Position numbers and translations under genes: made by a program. From the NCBI RefSeq assembly GCF_004010195.1, contig NC_057719.1:73832928-73896927 (forward strand): a stretch of 64,000 nt of DNA, read 5' to 3'. The stretch is from Chiloscyllium plagiosum. Its lineage: Eukaryota. Under the pieces are notes generated by a model. It was not told where the DNA came from. It did no database searches and saw only the letters and a program-made list of their open reading frames with translations. This document shows, piece after piece, positions 1 through 12,985 of this stretch; position 1 is the stretch's first letter; the number at the start of each line of letters is the position of its first letter.

Positions 1-269
1 AAGGCTAACTATGGATGGGCAATAAATGCTGGTCCAGTCAGTGACACCCACATCCCATGAATAAATACTAACAAATCCCAAATAGATAGACAAAACCCTT
101 ATAGCATGGTTATAGAATCCATTTTCCATCACTTGCTGGTTCTATTTTGTAGGAATACAAGTTGCAAGATAAATTTCCATTCAAATCACTGTTCAGTCAA
201 ATGTGTGATAGAATACTATCCATTGGCAAACGTCTAGTGATATTATCACTAGTCTATTTAATCCGGAGG

Positions 270-535
270 CGCATGGAAGTGGTAGAATTTGAATTCACTA
301 AAAAATATGGAATTAAAAATCTAATGATGACCATGAAGCCATTGTCAATTGTCAGAAAAAGACCCATCTCGTTTACCAATGTCCTTTAGGGAAGGAAACT
401 GCCATCCTTATCTGGCATGGCCTACATGTAACTCCAGACCCACAGTAATGTGGTTGACTCCTAACTGCCCTCTTGGCAATTACAAATATGTAATAAATGC
501 TGGCCCCGCCTACGGTGATGACATTCTGTGAATAA
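270..535 (+). mobile_element. SINE body/3' part, family ending GGCAATAAATGCTGG (related pieces at 1-65, 2280-2550, 12110-12270, 50960-51350, 61705-61760)
   Basis: Shared motifs GTCCTTTAGGGAAGGAAA..TGCCATCCTTA, ACATGT.ACTCCAGACC, ATGTGGTTGACTC and the tail recur at the listed positions. Confidence 0.7.
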
Positions 536-719
536 AGATTTTTTTTAAATTGCCTGGATGTATGTAGCTCCAATTTCACTCAAGAAAAAAAAGGAAGTTC
601 AAAAACAATGAAGAATATAGCAGTCTGCTTGATTAGTACCACATCCACTATCTTCAATATTCACACCTTCCATCACTGATGCATCTTGGCAGCAGTGTGT
701 ATCAATACATCATTATTTA

Positions 720-1125
720 TTTCCCCATTTCCTGAGCTTCTGTATCCTTCTCCACAATATATACTGATGTAAAATATTTGTTTAGTATCTCACTCATCAA
801 ATTCTCACACATAATTTGCCTCGTTGATCTTTAATGGGCCCTATTTTCTCCCTAGTTACTGTTTTGCCCTTGATGTATTTGTAGAATCTCTAAGGCTTCT
901 CCCTAACCCTATCCTGACCTTGTACTCCTCTTGGGATTCACTCGATCCCAGCTGTCTATACCTGACATATGCCTCCTTTGTTTTCTTGACCAGAACCTCA
1001 ATTTTTCTAGTCATCCAGCATTCTGCACCTACCAGCCTTCCTCTTTGCACCAACAGGAACATATTGTATCTGACCTCTCATTATCTCATTTTTGAAGGCC
1101 TTCCACTTGCCAACCAAATTTGAAT
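720..1125 (-). mobile_element. CR1 LINE ORF2 fragment (post-endonuclease linker)
   Basis: ORF 856-1062 ECWMTRKIEVLVKKTKEAYVRYRQLGSSES resembles EPWLMREIECLVKRKKGAYIRLRK of the CR1 at 26.6 kb. Confidence 0.75.
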
Positions 1126-2765
1126 TTTGGAAAACTCCAAGAGAGTCTCTCATTGAGCGTATGTCACTGCGTATGAATACAAATTGTGCAAAATGACACA
1201 CAATTTCACAAGTTGTTAAATTCATGCTTGTAAACGTATCAACCATTTTATTCATTCCAATCTTAACAAACAACTGACTGTCTTGCTGATATGTGGATTT
1301 TGTTAAATTTATGTAAAAGTTGAATTCAGGAAAGCAGTTTGTATGCTGAATCTGATTACTCTGGTGAAACAATGGTGCCTAAGCAGCAGACTAGCTATTG
1401 TTTATACATTGCTTTTAGTCTGATGCTTGTATCTACTATTCTTGGCACTCAACAGTTGAAGGAGAATTTTTGTCCTTTAACTTGCGACATTAATGTGTTG
1501 ACTCTTCAAGCATCTTTATGTCTGCACAGGTCTACACATATTTGCATGGAGATAATGAGGACTCACGCCAATCAAAATCAAATTCTTCTGAAGCCACACA
1601 AGAAGAGCAGCTGGTAATCAGGCAGCATTTTCAGTGACTTTAAAAACAGATCCATTCACTTCTGACATTTCCCTTCAATTTCAACAACATCAAATCTGTT
1701 TTAACTGATGCTATGTTTTACTACTTGGGTTGAGATTGCTGCATTATCTAAGGAGTGTGACAGAATTATTGATTAAAAATGTAAGATGACTAAGCAGGAC
1801 AAATGTTTCCATTCTTCACGGCTTAAGTTCTGATTTCATAAGACAAATACATTCTAAGAGATTACCACCAATCTGGGTCAGAGGTTCAGACTGCTGGAAT
1901 CTGCTTATTTGATGGGGAAGAGGACAAAACAAAGCTTTATTTCATCTGGAATCAGATAAACTTCAATATTATTATTCGAAATGACTGCAATTCTAATTCA
2001 TGGCTGCTGTTTCCAGAAAGCGAACGTTATTGTTTCACAATGAACGTCTGGGTCAAATCGGCCCAAACAAGATGAAATTGTTCTCTGAAGAGCAGGGAAG
2101 TCAAAGTGGAGAATTAACAGAGGCGTTCAAAATGATGATAGGCTTTGATACAGTGAAAGTGATTTCTGCTGACAGGAGGTTCTAGAATCAGACAGTGTAG
2201 ATTTAAGTTAAGTGACAAAAGCTTCAAAGGGAACGTGAAAACATTTTGACATATGTCTCCCCTGATGAGAGCTTGGTGAATTTAGATTCAGTTAATTCAA
2301 TAAACCTGTAATAAATTGCTGTTATCTATAAAAGCCACCAGTAAACTACCAGACAGTCGTAAAACCCAGTTTGGTTTGTGAATATCATTTTGGAAAGAAA
2401 ATCTGTCAATCCATCTGCTCTACATGTGACTTCACAGAAATGTGGTTAGTTTTTAATCATCCTCTGAACAGTCATCAAAAGTCATACAGACATACAAAAC
2501 TAGGCAATAGTTGTTGGCCTTCTAATGATGCCAACGCCCTGTGAAGGATTAAAGAGAACATAGAAGGTTGTTATACCTTGCCTGAATGGGCGGTGGAAGG
2601 GAAATTTAATAATATCTTTGAAGATGGACTTGATTCTATAGTTTAAAAACAAAACTCACAAGGTTCTCAGAATGGAATGAAGGTGGAGGGATTTGATCAG
2701 TTGCATAACCCAGAGCCAGCACACATCAAGACCCCTCTTTCAATGATGACTGTATCAATAGGGAA

Positions 2766-3945
2766 TGTAACGAGGTCAGCCAGGTTACCCTCATAGAATA
2801 TGAGTTCTCTGATTGGGGCTGTTAACCTGGTCCAATCAGGGGGCCCTGGTTGACAGATATAAACAAGAGTGTCACGCGGTGTCCACCAACACCCTGGAGT
2901 TGTTCAGGGAGAGGTGGGCGCCGCAGGGAGTGGAGTGCATCATTTCTCCCTCCAACTCTATTTTGATTTAGTCCCTACCCTCCCTTCACTGTTTTGATCA
3001 CACAGCACTGCCCTCTGATGTGAAGGGCAGTGNNNNNNNNNNNNNNNNNNNNNNNNNNNNNNNNNNNNNNNNNNNNNNNNNNNNNNNNNNNNNNNNNNNN
3101 NNNNNNNNNNNNNNNNNNNNNNNNNNNNNNNNNNNNNNNNNNNNNNNNNNNNNNNNNNNNNNNNNNNNNNNNNNNNNNNNNNNNNNNNNNNNNNNNNNNN
3201 NNNNNNNNNNNNNNNNNNNNNNNNNNNNNNNNNNNNNNNNNNNNNNNNNNNNNNNNNNNNNNNNNNNNNNNNNNNNNNNNNNNNNNNNNNNNNNNNNNNN
3301 NNNNNNNNNNNNNNNNNNNNNNNNNNNNNNNNNNNNNNNNNNNNNNNNNNNNNNNNNNNNNNNNNNNNNNNNNNNNNNNNNNNNNNNNNNNNNNNNNNNN
3401 NNNNNNNNNNNNNNNNNNNNNNNNNNNNNNNNNNNNNNNNNNNNNNNNNNNNNNNNNNNNNNNNNNNNNNNNNNNNNNNNNNNNNNNNNNNNNNNNNNNN
3501 NNNNNNNNNNNNNNNNNNNNNNNNNNNNNNNNNNNNNNNNNNNNNNNNNNNNNNNNNNNNNNNNNNNNNNNNNNNNNNNNNNNNNNNNNNNNNNNNNNNN
3601 NNNNNNNNNNNNNNNNNNNNNNNNNNNNNNNNNNNNNNNNNNNNNNNNNNNNNNNNNNNNNNNNNNNNNNNNNNNNNNNNNNNNNNNNNNNNNNNNNNNN
3701 NNNNNNNNNNNNNNNNAAAAAAAAATAAACAGAAGGTTCTTCCTGGAGGTGGAAATTTAATTAAAAAAAATACACAGGAGGGAGCACTTTGTGTCTTTCA
3801 CTGAAAAAAAAATAAACAAGAGTGTCAGAGGTTCTGTTCACTTTGACAGCTGGTTCTGAGGGAGCTGGATCAGTGTCAAATACTATGCATGTGTGAATAA
3901 AGGGCGACTTGGTGACAGGATACCGGCCTCTGTGGCATTATTTCA
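2766..3945 (+). mobile_element. 5' LTR of a Gypsy element, interrupted by the insertion at 2875-3811
   Basis: Starts TGTAA (2766) and ends TTTCA (3945). Contains inverted CCAAT boxes (CTGATTGG...CCAATCAG), TATAAA at 2858 and AATAAA near 3896. Followed after 1 nt by PBS-like TGGCGACAAG. Confidence 0.85.
2875..3811 (+). mobile_element. 5'-truncated Tx1/L1-like LINE with 16-bp TSD (contains an N gap)
   Basis: ATAAACAAGAGTGTCA is duplicated at 2859-2874 and 3812-3827, and the 3' end is A-rich. The 5' part reads AVSTNTLELFRERWAPQGVECIISPSNSILI*, with an F..RW motif typical of L1/Tx1 ORF2 C-termini. Confidence 0.7.
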
Positions 3946-3946
3946 G

Positions 3947-3956
3947 TGGCGACAAG
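3947..3956 (+). promoter_or_regulatory. Primer binding site, probably for tRNA-Ser(GCU)
   Basis: TGGCGACAAG lies directly after the LTR end and has one mismatch to TGGCGACGAG. Confidence 0.65.
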
Positions 3957-4018
3957 AGAAAAAAATGCTCCTGAAGAATTTCACCTGTCTTTGAGTTGGG
4001 GCTGGTATTTCTAGTACC

Positions 4019-6290
4019 ATGCCGTTATTTGGGAAGCTTGACCTGTTTGATCTTGATAGTATTCTCGTCGATGAAAGGACCCAGTATTTAGGAAGAATGC
4101 ATTACCTTTTCTAACAAATGGCATTGGGGCAGATGAAAAACAAGGAGTAATGTTCCTGCCAATTTGTGCACCTGCAGCTTTTTCGTTTATTAGGAATCCA
4201 ACTTTCCCTGAGGCACCAAATACTAAAACCTTTCAAAGGTTGACAGACTTAGTGAAGGAATATTATGATTTCCTCTAATTCTGTGATGCTATCAGTTGTA
4301 CTTGGCAATTCGAGAACCAGGGGAATCCGTGTCGGGATTTATGACGAGGTTAAGACGACTGGCAGAGGCATGTGACTTTGGTTTAATCCTGAATAAGATT
4401 CTGAGAGATCCAGTTGGTATGTAGGATTAATGATGCAACCATGCAAAAGCACCTACTAGCTGAAGCTCAAGTGGATTTCCAACTGGCACAACACCTGGCT
4501 TTACCATTGGAACATGAAGCAAGTGGAGCATATGAGTTGCAGGGTATTCCAAATGGAAGTGGACACCCTCGCCAGTCTGACTGAGCTTGGGGAACACCAC
4601 TTGAGTGAAGGCAATTGCAAAGCCTCCCTCAGGACTTATCCTGAACAGAGGGACACTGGGTCAGCCCAAAACAGAGCCAAGCCTCGACCAAATGGTTAAA
4701 ATTTTCTTCAGGATCTGGGCTGGCGAGCCATTATAGTTGCGGCTGATATACAGATGCGAGTCCCACTGGACCTGAATTGACCAAGAGAACTCATAGACTA
4801 GTATCCAGAAGAATGCACACTTAGGCCAATATCCAGGAGAGTGCACACTCTGGAAAGTCCACTTACATCTGGCTTGGAACATTTAAATTGCTTAGCGATA
4901 TCCAAATCAGAACCAATCAAAATAAACATCTGTTTAAATAGTCACCCTGTTCAAATGGAGATTAATACCAGCACAGCTGTATCAGTGATCAAAGAACCAG
5001 TCTTTAACAAAATTCGATCTGGACTCCAACCCTTCAGTTTGCATAAGACCTCGGCTAGACTGAGTACCTACACTGGGAACGTTTACAGATGAAAGGTACA
5101 ATTTTGGTTGCAGTCTCGTGTGAGAAGCAACTGATTCAGTTACCACTGATTGTAGTAAAAGTCTCAGGTGCAAGTTTGATGGGATGCAATTGATTGAGAA
5201 AGACTCGCCTTGATGGGCTACACATTTTTTGATTAGAAAATGGTGGCCTGAGTGAAGACCTAATTAGATACCTGAAAGTTTTTCCGGTTGGTCTAGGTAC
5301 TATCAAAGGAAACAAAGTCACCTTGCATGTTGACCTGGAAGCAATTCCATGACTCTGCAAGGCCCATCCAGCGCCATTTGCCTTATGGGCAAAAGTAGAG
5401 GCCGAAATCAGGGAGGCTGGAAAGCGAAGGAATCTTCAAACCAGTCCAGTTTGCGGAATGGGCAGCACCGGTCATACTGATTGTGAAGCCCATATGATGG
5501 GTTGGTTTGCCTTTGTGGGGATTTTAAACAAATGGTAAACCACTCCTCGCAGCTGGATAAATACACAATCCCTCACACTGAGGACTTATATACTACGCTG
5601 GTGGGGGAGAGTGCGGCGCTGTCCTTAATGGAACTAAACATGAGCCATGCGTACCTGCAATTATGTCAGATGAAGCTACAATCAATAAGGGCTTGCACCA
5701 ATCTATGAGTTTGCCATTTGGGGAGATATTACCTGCATGTGCAATTTTTCAGAACATTTTACAAGGTCTACCCTAGGTTGCCATTTATCTGGATGCCGGA
5801 CTAATAACCGGGAAGACCAATAAAGGGAACTTGGACATAGTGCTTAAATGTTTCACTCAAGGGGGTGTACGCCTTAGAGTATGTTCTAGGCATTTCAAGT
5901 AACCTAGCTGGGTTACAGGGTCAACAAGATCAGATTACACCATTGGAAGATAAAGTGAGGGTGATCAAAGGCGCCCTGGCTCCTGCATCTGTACCGGAGA
6001 TTAGGTCTTTCCTTGGATTGATGAATTATTACGGAAAATTCATACCAACCTGTCCTCCATCCTGGCACCCTTACACCTGCTATTAAGAAAGGTTCAGCCT
6101 TGGAAATTATGTCATAGCCAAGATGCAGCCTTTTGGGAAGTGAAGAAACTCCTATCATTATCTAGGTTGATGGCACACTATGGTTCCAAGTGAACCCTCC
6201 CTGTACAGTATCAGGGTATTGTTGGCTCACAGATGGCCCAATAGAGAGGAACACACCATAGAGTGTCTTCTCGGACTTTGGCATATGTAG
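4019..6290 (+). pseudogene. Decayed Gypsy (Mag-like) gag-pol: gag, protease, RT, start of RNase H; 3'-truncated, no 3' LTR seen
   Basis: Gag start MPLFGKLDLFD; degenerate protease VQMEINTSTAVSVI; RT motifs LCGDFKQMVN, DKYTIPHTEDLY, LNMSHAYLQL and EIRSFLGLMNYYGKFIP. Many stops and frameshifts. Confidence 0.9.
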
Positions 6291-6399
6291 CCAATCAGCA
6301 GCATTGTTGCACTTGCCACATTATTAAATCATTGACGTTATCTGTACAAGACTCTATCCAACCAATCACATAAGAGGTCAAACAGAGGAGGGGAGTCAC

Positions 6400-8895
6400 T
6401 ATTGAATCTAATAACAGGGTATGAGCCAGAGCAGATGTTAGAACTAAAAATAGTGGCATATCTTAGCAATAGTAATGATAATATTGCATATTTTAAAATA
6501 ATAATTGGGAAGGGCGTAAGTAAGATGAAGGCCAGGATAATATTAGTGAAACACAATTTTCAAGGAATGCAAGTGGCATTTTGGAAGGAAAAACAAACAA
6601 CGATATTGCCAAGCAAAGATGGACAAAAACAATAGAAAGCATTTAAAATGGTGTTCAACTCTTGTTCACATTTTATGTTTAGAGTTTGTAATCTATGACT
6701 TGGATGAGAAGACCAAAGGCATGGTGGCTGAACATGCTACTGCACTGAGGTAGATAGGAAATTATGTTGTGAAGAAAACATAAAAAAAGCTGCAAATGAA
6801 TATGGATAGGCTGAATGACTGGTCAAACATCTGGCAGAGTAAGTATAATATGGAAAAATGTGAAGTTTTTCACTTTGGCAGGAAGAATAAAGAAGCAAAG
6901 TGCTATTGAAATTGAGAGCGACTCCAGAACACTCAGGAGTAGTGAGATTGTACTCCAGTGCACATGTCACAAAATGTTAGTCTGCAAGTAGAGTAAGTGA
7001 TCAAGAAGGCTAGTGGGATGATGTCCTTTTTTGCAAGTACAATTGAACACCAAAATATAGACAAAAAGAGAAATTGCTGGGAAACCTCAGCACATCTGGC
7101 AGCATCTATGGAGAGAAATCAGAGTTAATGTTTCAGGTCCTGCGACCATTATTCAGAACTGATTCTGATTCAGGATAGTTGTCTCCAGCAATTTCTATGT
7201 TTGTTTCTGATTTCCTGCATTTGCAGTTCTTTTGGGTTTTTGTGTTACATAGAATTATGGATGTAAGCCTTTATTTGTAAAGGACATCAATGGGACATAT
7301 TAAATACTGTGCTTTTCTTTGTCACCTTTATTAAGGAAGTTTGTAAATGCACTGGAATTCGTTCAGAGGAGGTTCACTAGATTATTATCTACTGCAGAGA
7401 TTCTCAACCGTTTCTTGGCCACGGCACCCTAGGAGCTCTTCTCAAATTCCAGAGACCCTTTTCAACAGGATACAACACAAATAGATAGACCAAAAAATTG
7501 TTTATTATTGAACACCAAGAAAGCTTGAACATTCTGACATACTGGACAAATCTTTAAAAAAGACTGTATGAAATTAAACGTCTATCAGGCCTAATGTGAA
7601 TCCTTGAGATTGGTGCTTTTCTGCAAGTTTCATGATATCAGGCTCCAAATTATACAGTCGGAGGTCATCTCTTGTTGAGATATCAATTCTGTTCCTGGAT
7701 TTTGTCGTTATTTTGTAAAGTAGTTTCGTCTAATTGTAAAGAGAATTTCTTGGATTGTAATGAACTGATCGATTCCCTCTTCAATGTCCCATGCCATCTC
7801 AACAAATCTTCTGGCAATAGTGGAATGACTCAAAGGGAATTGCCTGAATTGTTTCTTTGGCACTCAAATTCATGACATCGGGTATTATTATGGACACTGA
7901 AGGCAGGATAAGCGACTCACTAATACTGTGAGAAGTTCCAGTTTTAGCAATCAGTTTACTAATTTTGTATGATGCAGCAAGTCCCTTCTCTAATTTCTGG
8001 GACATTTGAGTAAGCATTTGTTTCAGCGTTGGCCTTCTCTCGACATTATCTCAAAGACTTTTGAAGAAATCTAAGGGTTTATCTTTCTTATCTAGATGCA
8101 AGGTATCAAAACATTTTTTTTTCCATTTGCTTAGCCTCATGCTTTCATTTGAGAAATGTAGTCATGCAGTTCACACACATGGGCAACGGTGGGTTTTGTG
8201 GAGATGTGATGAAACCACAGGACAAGTATTCCACAGAATACTGCCGACACTTCTCTTTTGCCAAGGAACTCATGGGTAGAATTATTGCTGAACATAATAA
8301 AAATAATCTTGAGGCACATCTTACAAGGAAAATAATGAACAAATGAACTAGGTTTAAAAAGGCCTACCAAGACCCACTGATCTTCGGATAATGAAGTACG
8401 GTGATAATGGCTACGAGAACCCTTGATTGAACACGATGACCTGGTGCAGTCTGATTCGCAACTGACTTTGAAGTGAGGCTGTGTGGGAGGAGCTTAAGCA
8501 ATTAATTTGCCAGGTGCACCAAATTCAAATGGTGTGTTGCAAAGATATCATAAATAGGAGGGAAAGGTTTGACTCCAGTGAAGGTTGTTGTTTGGGTATT
8601 TCATCGGTTCAGTTACCAGGGTCCCTGTAAACCCTTGGGGATCTCCTTTCACAGTTTTCCCAGTCAGTGGCCCCCCTTCAAATGAGCCAGGGCCCCGAAG
8701 GGGGCCATATGGCCCCCGTTCAGAACGACTTATCTAGGTGTGTGTGATGTCTTAAGAATGGTTTGAACTTGTTTCCACTTAAAAGACTGAAGGGTGGCTT
8801 GATTGAAGTAATAAATTCCTTAATGCTCTTGATAATGTGGATGTAGATAGGATGGTTCTTCTTTGGTGTGGGTCCAAAACAAAGGGGCACAAAGG
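6400..8895 (+). mobile_element. Old CR1 LINE fragments split by a palindromic Penelope-derived element (7060-7250) and a hAT element (7395-8731)
   Basis: Degenerate KCEVFHFGRKN-type codons near 6856 and C-terminal motifs at 7290-7385 resume after about 8735. Confidence 0.65.
7395..8731 (-). mobile_element. Internally deleted hAT (Charlie/Buster-like) DNA transposon
   Basis: Degenerate TIRs CAGAGATTCTCAAC and GTTCAGAACGACTT, with flanks ATCTACTG and ATCTAGGT (degenerate 8-bp TSD). Minus-strand pieces: KCRQYSVEYLSCGFITSPQNPPLPMC (BED region), ASYKISKLIAKTGTSHSISESLILP, and C-terminal RNRIDI..DLRLYNLEPDIMKL. Confidence 0.85.
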
Positions 8896-8897
8896 TA

Positions 8898-10190
8898 GAA
8901 GATGGAGGGTGGTGGTGGAGGGTTGTTTTTCAGACTGGAGGCCTGTGACCAATGGAGTGCCACAAGGATCGGTGCTGGGCCCTCTACTTTTTGTCATTTA
9001 CATAAATTATTTGGATGTGAGCATAAGAGGTACAGTTAGTAAGTTTGCAGATGACATCAAAATTGGAGGTGTAGTGGACAGCGAAGAGGGTTACCTCAGA
9101 TTACAACAGGATCTGCACCAGATGGGCCGATGGGCTGAGATATGGCAGATGCAGTTTAATTCAGATAAATGCGAGGTGCTGCATTTTGGGAAAGCAAATC
9201 TTAGCAGGACTTATACACTTATTGGNNNNNNNNNNNNNNNNNNNNNNNNNNNNNNNNNNNNNNNNNNNNNNNNNNNNNNNNNNNNNNNNNNNNNNNNNNN
9301 NNNNNNNNNNNNNNNNNNNNNNNNNNNNNNNNNNNNNNNNNNNNNNNNNNNNNNNNNNNNNNNNNNNNNNNNNNNNNNNNNNNNNNNNNNNNNNNNNNNN
9401 NNNNNNNNNNNNNNNNNNNNNNNNNNNNNNNNNNNNNNNNNNNNNNNNNNNNNNNNNNNNNNNNNNNNNNNNNNNNNNNNNNNNNNNNNNNNNNNNNNNN
9501 NNNNNNNNNNNNNNNNNNNNNNNNNNNNNNNNNNNNNNNNNNNNNNNNNNNNNNNNNNNNNNNNNNNNNNNNNNNNNNNNNNNNNNNNNNNNNNNNNNNN
9601 NNNNNNNNNNNNNNNNNNNNNNNNNNNNNNNNNNNNNNNNNNNNNNNNNNNNNNNNNNNNNNNNNNNNNNNNNNNNNNNNNNNNNNNNNNNNNNNNNNNN
9701 NNNNNNNNNNNNNNNNNNNNNNNNNNNNNNNNNNNNNNNNNNNNNNNNNNNNNNNNNNNNNNNNNNNNNNNNNNNNNNNNNNNNNNNNNNNNNNNNNNNN
9801 NNNNNNNNNNNNNNNNNNNNNNNNNNNNNNNNNNNNNNNNNNNNNNNNNNNNNNNNNNNNNNNNNNNNNNNNNNNNNNNNNNNNNNNNNNNNNNNNNNNN
9901 NNNNNNNNNNNNNNNNNNNNNNNNNNNNNNNNNNNNNNNNNNNNNNNNNNNNNNNNNNNNNNNNNNNNNNNNNNNNNNNNNNNNNNNNNNNNNNNNNNNN
10001 NNNNNNNNNNNNNNNNAATTGCAACATTTAAGAGGCAGTTGGATGGGTATATGAATAGGAAGGGTTTGGAGGGATATGGGCCGGGTACTGGCAGGTGGGA
10101 CGAGTTTGGGTTGGGATATCTGGTGGGCATGGACCGGTTGGACCGAAGGGTCTGTTTCCATGCTGTACATCTCTATGACTCTCTGACTCT
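8898..10190 (+). mobile_element. Young CR1 LINE 3' part (RT and tail; contains an N gap)
   Basis: RVVVEGCFSDWRPVTNGVPQGSVLGPLLFVIYIN...SKFADD; tail CTGTACATCTCTATGACTCT. Confidence 0.92.
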
Positions 10191-10243
10191 AAAATTAGAG
10201 TCACCTTTTCAAGTCGAAAAATGAAGAAAATTGTATTTCTGTT

Positions 10244-10603
10244 CATAGAATCCCTACAGTGTGGAAACAGGCCATTTGGCCCAACAAGTCCACTCCGACC
10301 CTCCAAAGAGTAACCCATTTACCTACCTAATGCATCTAACCTCTACATCCCTAAACACAGTAACCCATTAACCTACCTAATGCACCTAACCTCTACATCC
10401 CTAAACACTATGGGCATTGAGCATGGCCAATTCACCTAACCTGCACATCTTTGGACTGTGGGAGGAAACCAGAGCACCTGGAGGAAACCCACACAGACAC
10501 AGGGAGAATATGCAAACTCATCACAGACAGTCACCCAAGGCCGGAATCGAGCCTGGGTCTGTGGCACTATAAAGCAGCAGTGCTAACCACTGAGCCACCC
10601 TGC
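10244..10603 (-). mobile_element. HE1-type V-SINE
   Basis: tRNA-like head with A/B boxes, GGGTTTCCTCC.GGTGCTC.GGTTTCCTCCCACAGTCCAAAGATGTGCAGG core and CR1-like tail on the minus strand. Confidence 0.9.
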
Positions 10604-10879
10604 TCTTAAATGATTGTGTGTCTTTCGAACTGTCTGCCCCAGAAGGCAAAGTAGATAGAGTCATTGAATACTTTTTAAGACAGCAATGGATGCATTCTTG
10701 AAAGGCAGTTGTGTAGAGGATTATCAGGGGTAGATGGGAATGTGGAACCTGAAACTCAAACTGATTAGCCTTTGTTAAATAGTGGATCAGGCTTGAGTCC
10801 ACTTCTGCTCCCATTTCATACATTCATATGAGTCAAGAGCACAATTCCTAAACTTGAGGATAACACCAGACTGGGAGAT

Positions 10880-11720
10880 TAGTCAGTTCTGAGGGGGGAA
10901 CTGCAACAAACTGCAAATGAACATTAACTATAGCATGAGTACACAATAGATTAATGTCAACGTGAAGGAGGTTTTACAGCTTGGTCATAAAAATAAGGAT
11001 GTTGTCTGTAGCATAGAAAATAAGAATCTAAATGAGGTAGAAGAGTAAAGGAATTGAAATACACAAATCATTACAAGTTGCCACGTAGGGACACAAGTTC
11101 ACCAGGTCAAAAAGTAAGCCAAGTACTTATGTTTTCTTCAAGAGGGATAGATCTTAAAAGTCAAGAAATTATGCTCTACTTCTGTTAAATTGTGGTTTAA
11201 CTACATCTGAAGTACTGTGTACAATGCTGGTCAGAATATCATAAGAGAGATATAGAGATGAGAAAGATTGACAAGAATACCAGAAATACACGGAATATCT
11301 GTCAGGAGTGGACACATAGGTTGTATTTCTTTTCTATCCAAAAAGGAAGGATGGGCAGTGGCTTAATAGAGATATTTAAAATTATGAAAGTTTTTGACTG
11401 AGGTGACACTGGTCAAATGTCCCAAATTGTAAGAAAGAGCAAAACTGAATCAATACAAATTTGTTACCAAGGGTTCTGATAGAGAATTCAGGGGGAAAAA
11501 GTTTCCTTTTTCTAAAGATTGGTGAGGTAGCAACACTCTATCTCAGAATAAGCTTGAAGTGAATAGAATAAATGCACTTCAAGGGATGTTGTATTAACAT
11601 AAGACTGAAAAGGATACAGAGTTAGGCTGTGAACGTTGGATGAGAAAAATGGGACGGGGTTCGAATGGAGTATAAAGAGAGTCATGACATGTTTGAACCA
11701 AGTGGCCTGTTTCCTTTCTA
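10880..11720 (+). mobile_element. Old CR1 LINE 3' fragment
   Basis: Degenerate LKYCVQCWS and LIEIFKIM motifs; tail-like GTGGCCTGTTTCC. Confidence 0.6.
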
Positions 11721-12724
11721 TCTACCCTATGTAACCCTATGAAACAAACAGGCCACAAGAGCTTGGTGTTGACCCAATTTTGAAGCTGGAAACCTGTCCC
11801 ACTGCCTCAGTGAGGGGTCTGGGAACAGGCTTATGACAGCTGGAAGAAGGTGAATCAGCCTTGCTGCATCAGAGCTCTCAAGACCAAAAACTTTAGTTCT
11901 GAAACACACTTGAACGCCCAGATTTAAACAATATCTACCCAGAGAATTTTCTTTTGGAGGACTAACTAATGACTTTGTGCTCTTATTGTTGATTACAGCT
12001 CCCTGAAACTGAGGAACAGACACATAATGACTGGCTTCAATTAAAGTCTATCATTGAACATATGGTTACTTCAAATTACAACCTGCTGGTGCTGTAAACA
12101 GGGACAAAAGCACCTTGGTAATGTTGCTGGACTGGTAATCCAGAGCTAAGACTTCAATCCCACCATGGCAGCTGGGGGAATTGAAATGTAATTAATACAT
12201 TTGGAATAAAGTCTCATCAAGGAAAATTGGGAATTGGCAATAAATGCTGTATTGCAAGAAAGAATAGAAAGAAGTCTGTCTCTGCATAAATGTTCTATGA
12301 TTATTACCCTAGAATTGCCTTATCCTTGTCATTATTTTAATCTATAAATTATACTTTACTATTTAACAAAGGCACACGGCTTACTCCATTACAAAAGCAG
12401 AACAATAAAGAGCTGATTTACATTTGTCCTGTTCAAGTCAGTCTGATTAATATTTTCCTTACTGTGACCACCAGATGGTTAAATGGCCACACAGTGAAGC
12501 ATTAACGTTTGAAGTATGCTTTATTACAGCATTATTTTATGTGAATGAGAAAATTGCATTGGCTAATCACTACTTATGTGATGCCCTTCATTTAATAGTT
12601 AATATTTTTAAGGAGTTGTTTTAAGGAATTTTATTCCTGATTTTCTCTAATTTAGTTGCGCACTATTAGGAAGACGACAAATTAGTGAACACTTTGCTTT
12701 TTGGTCTCTGGTGTTTAGAATTTG

Positions 12725-12985
12725 CTTTCTTGATTTGATTTATTGTGGTCACGTGTACCTAAATACAGTGAAAAGCTTTATTTGCAAGCAGTACGAGCAG
12801 ATCATAGTAAGCAAGGACATAGGGTGCTTAGAAAGTGAGGCATACAGATTACACTGCACAGGAGGCACATGAAGCAAGATCAACATTAACAAGATAAACA
12901 TTGTTTAAAGTTAGAGAGTCCATTAATCAGTCTAACAATGGCAGGGAAGAAGCTGTTCTTGGATGCTTGTGCAATTTGCCCATTG
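12725..12985 (-). mobile_element. LINE 3' end, possibly Rex1/Babar-like
   Basis: TTTATTGTGGTCACGTGTACC...TACAGTGAAAAGC and GGCAGGGAAGAAGCTGTTC resemble reversed Rex/Babar 3' ends (recognised by eye only). Confidence 0.45.

Noticed and set aside
3020..3760. Long ORFs made of X residues (also 9161-10170, 46001-46551, 47998-48669)
   Set aside because: Artefacts of translating N gaps.
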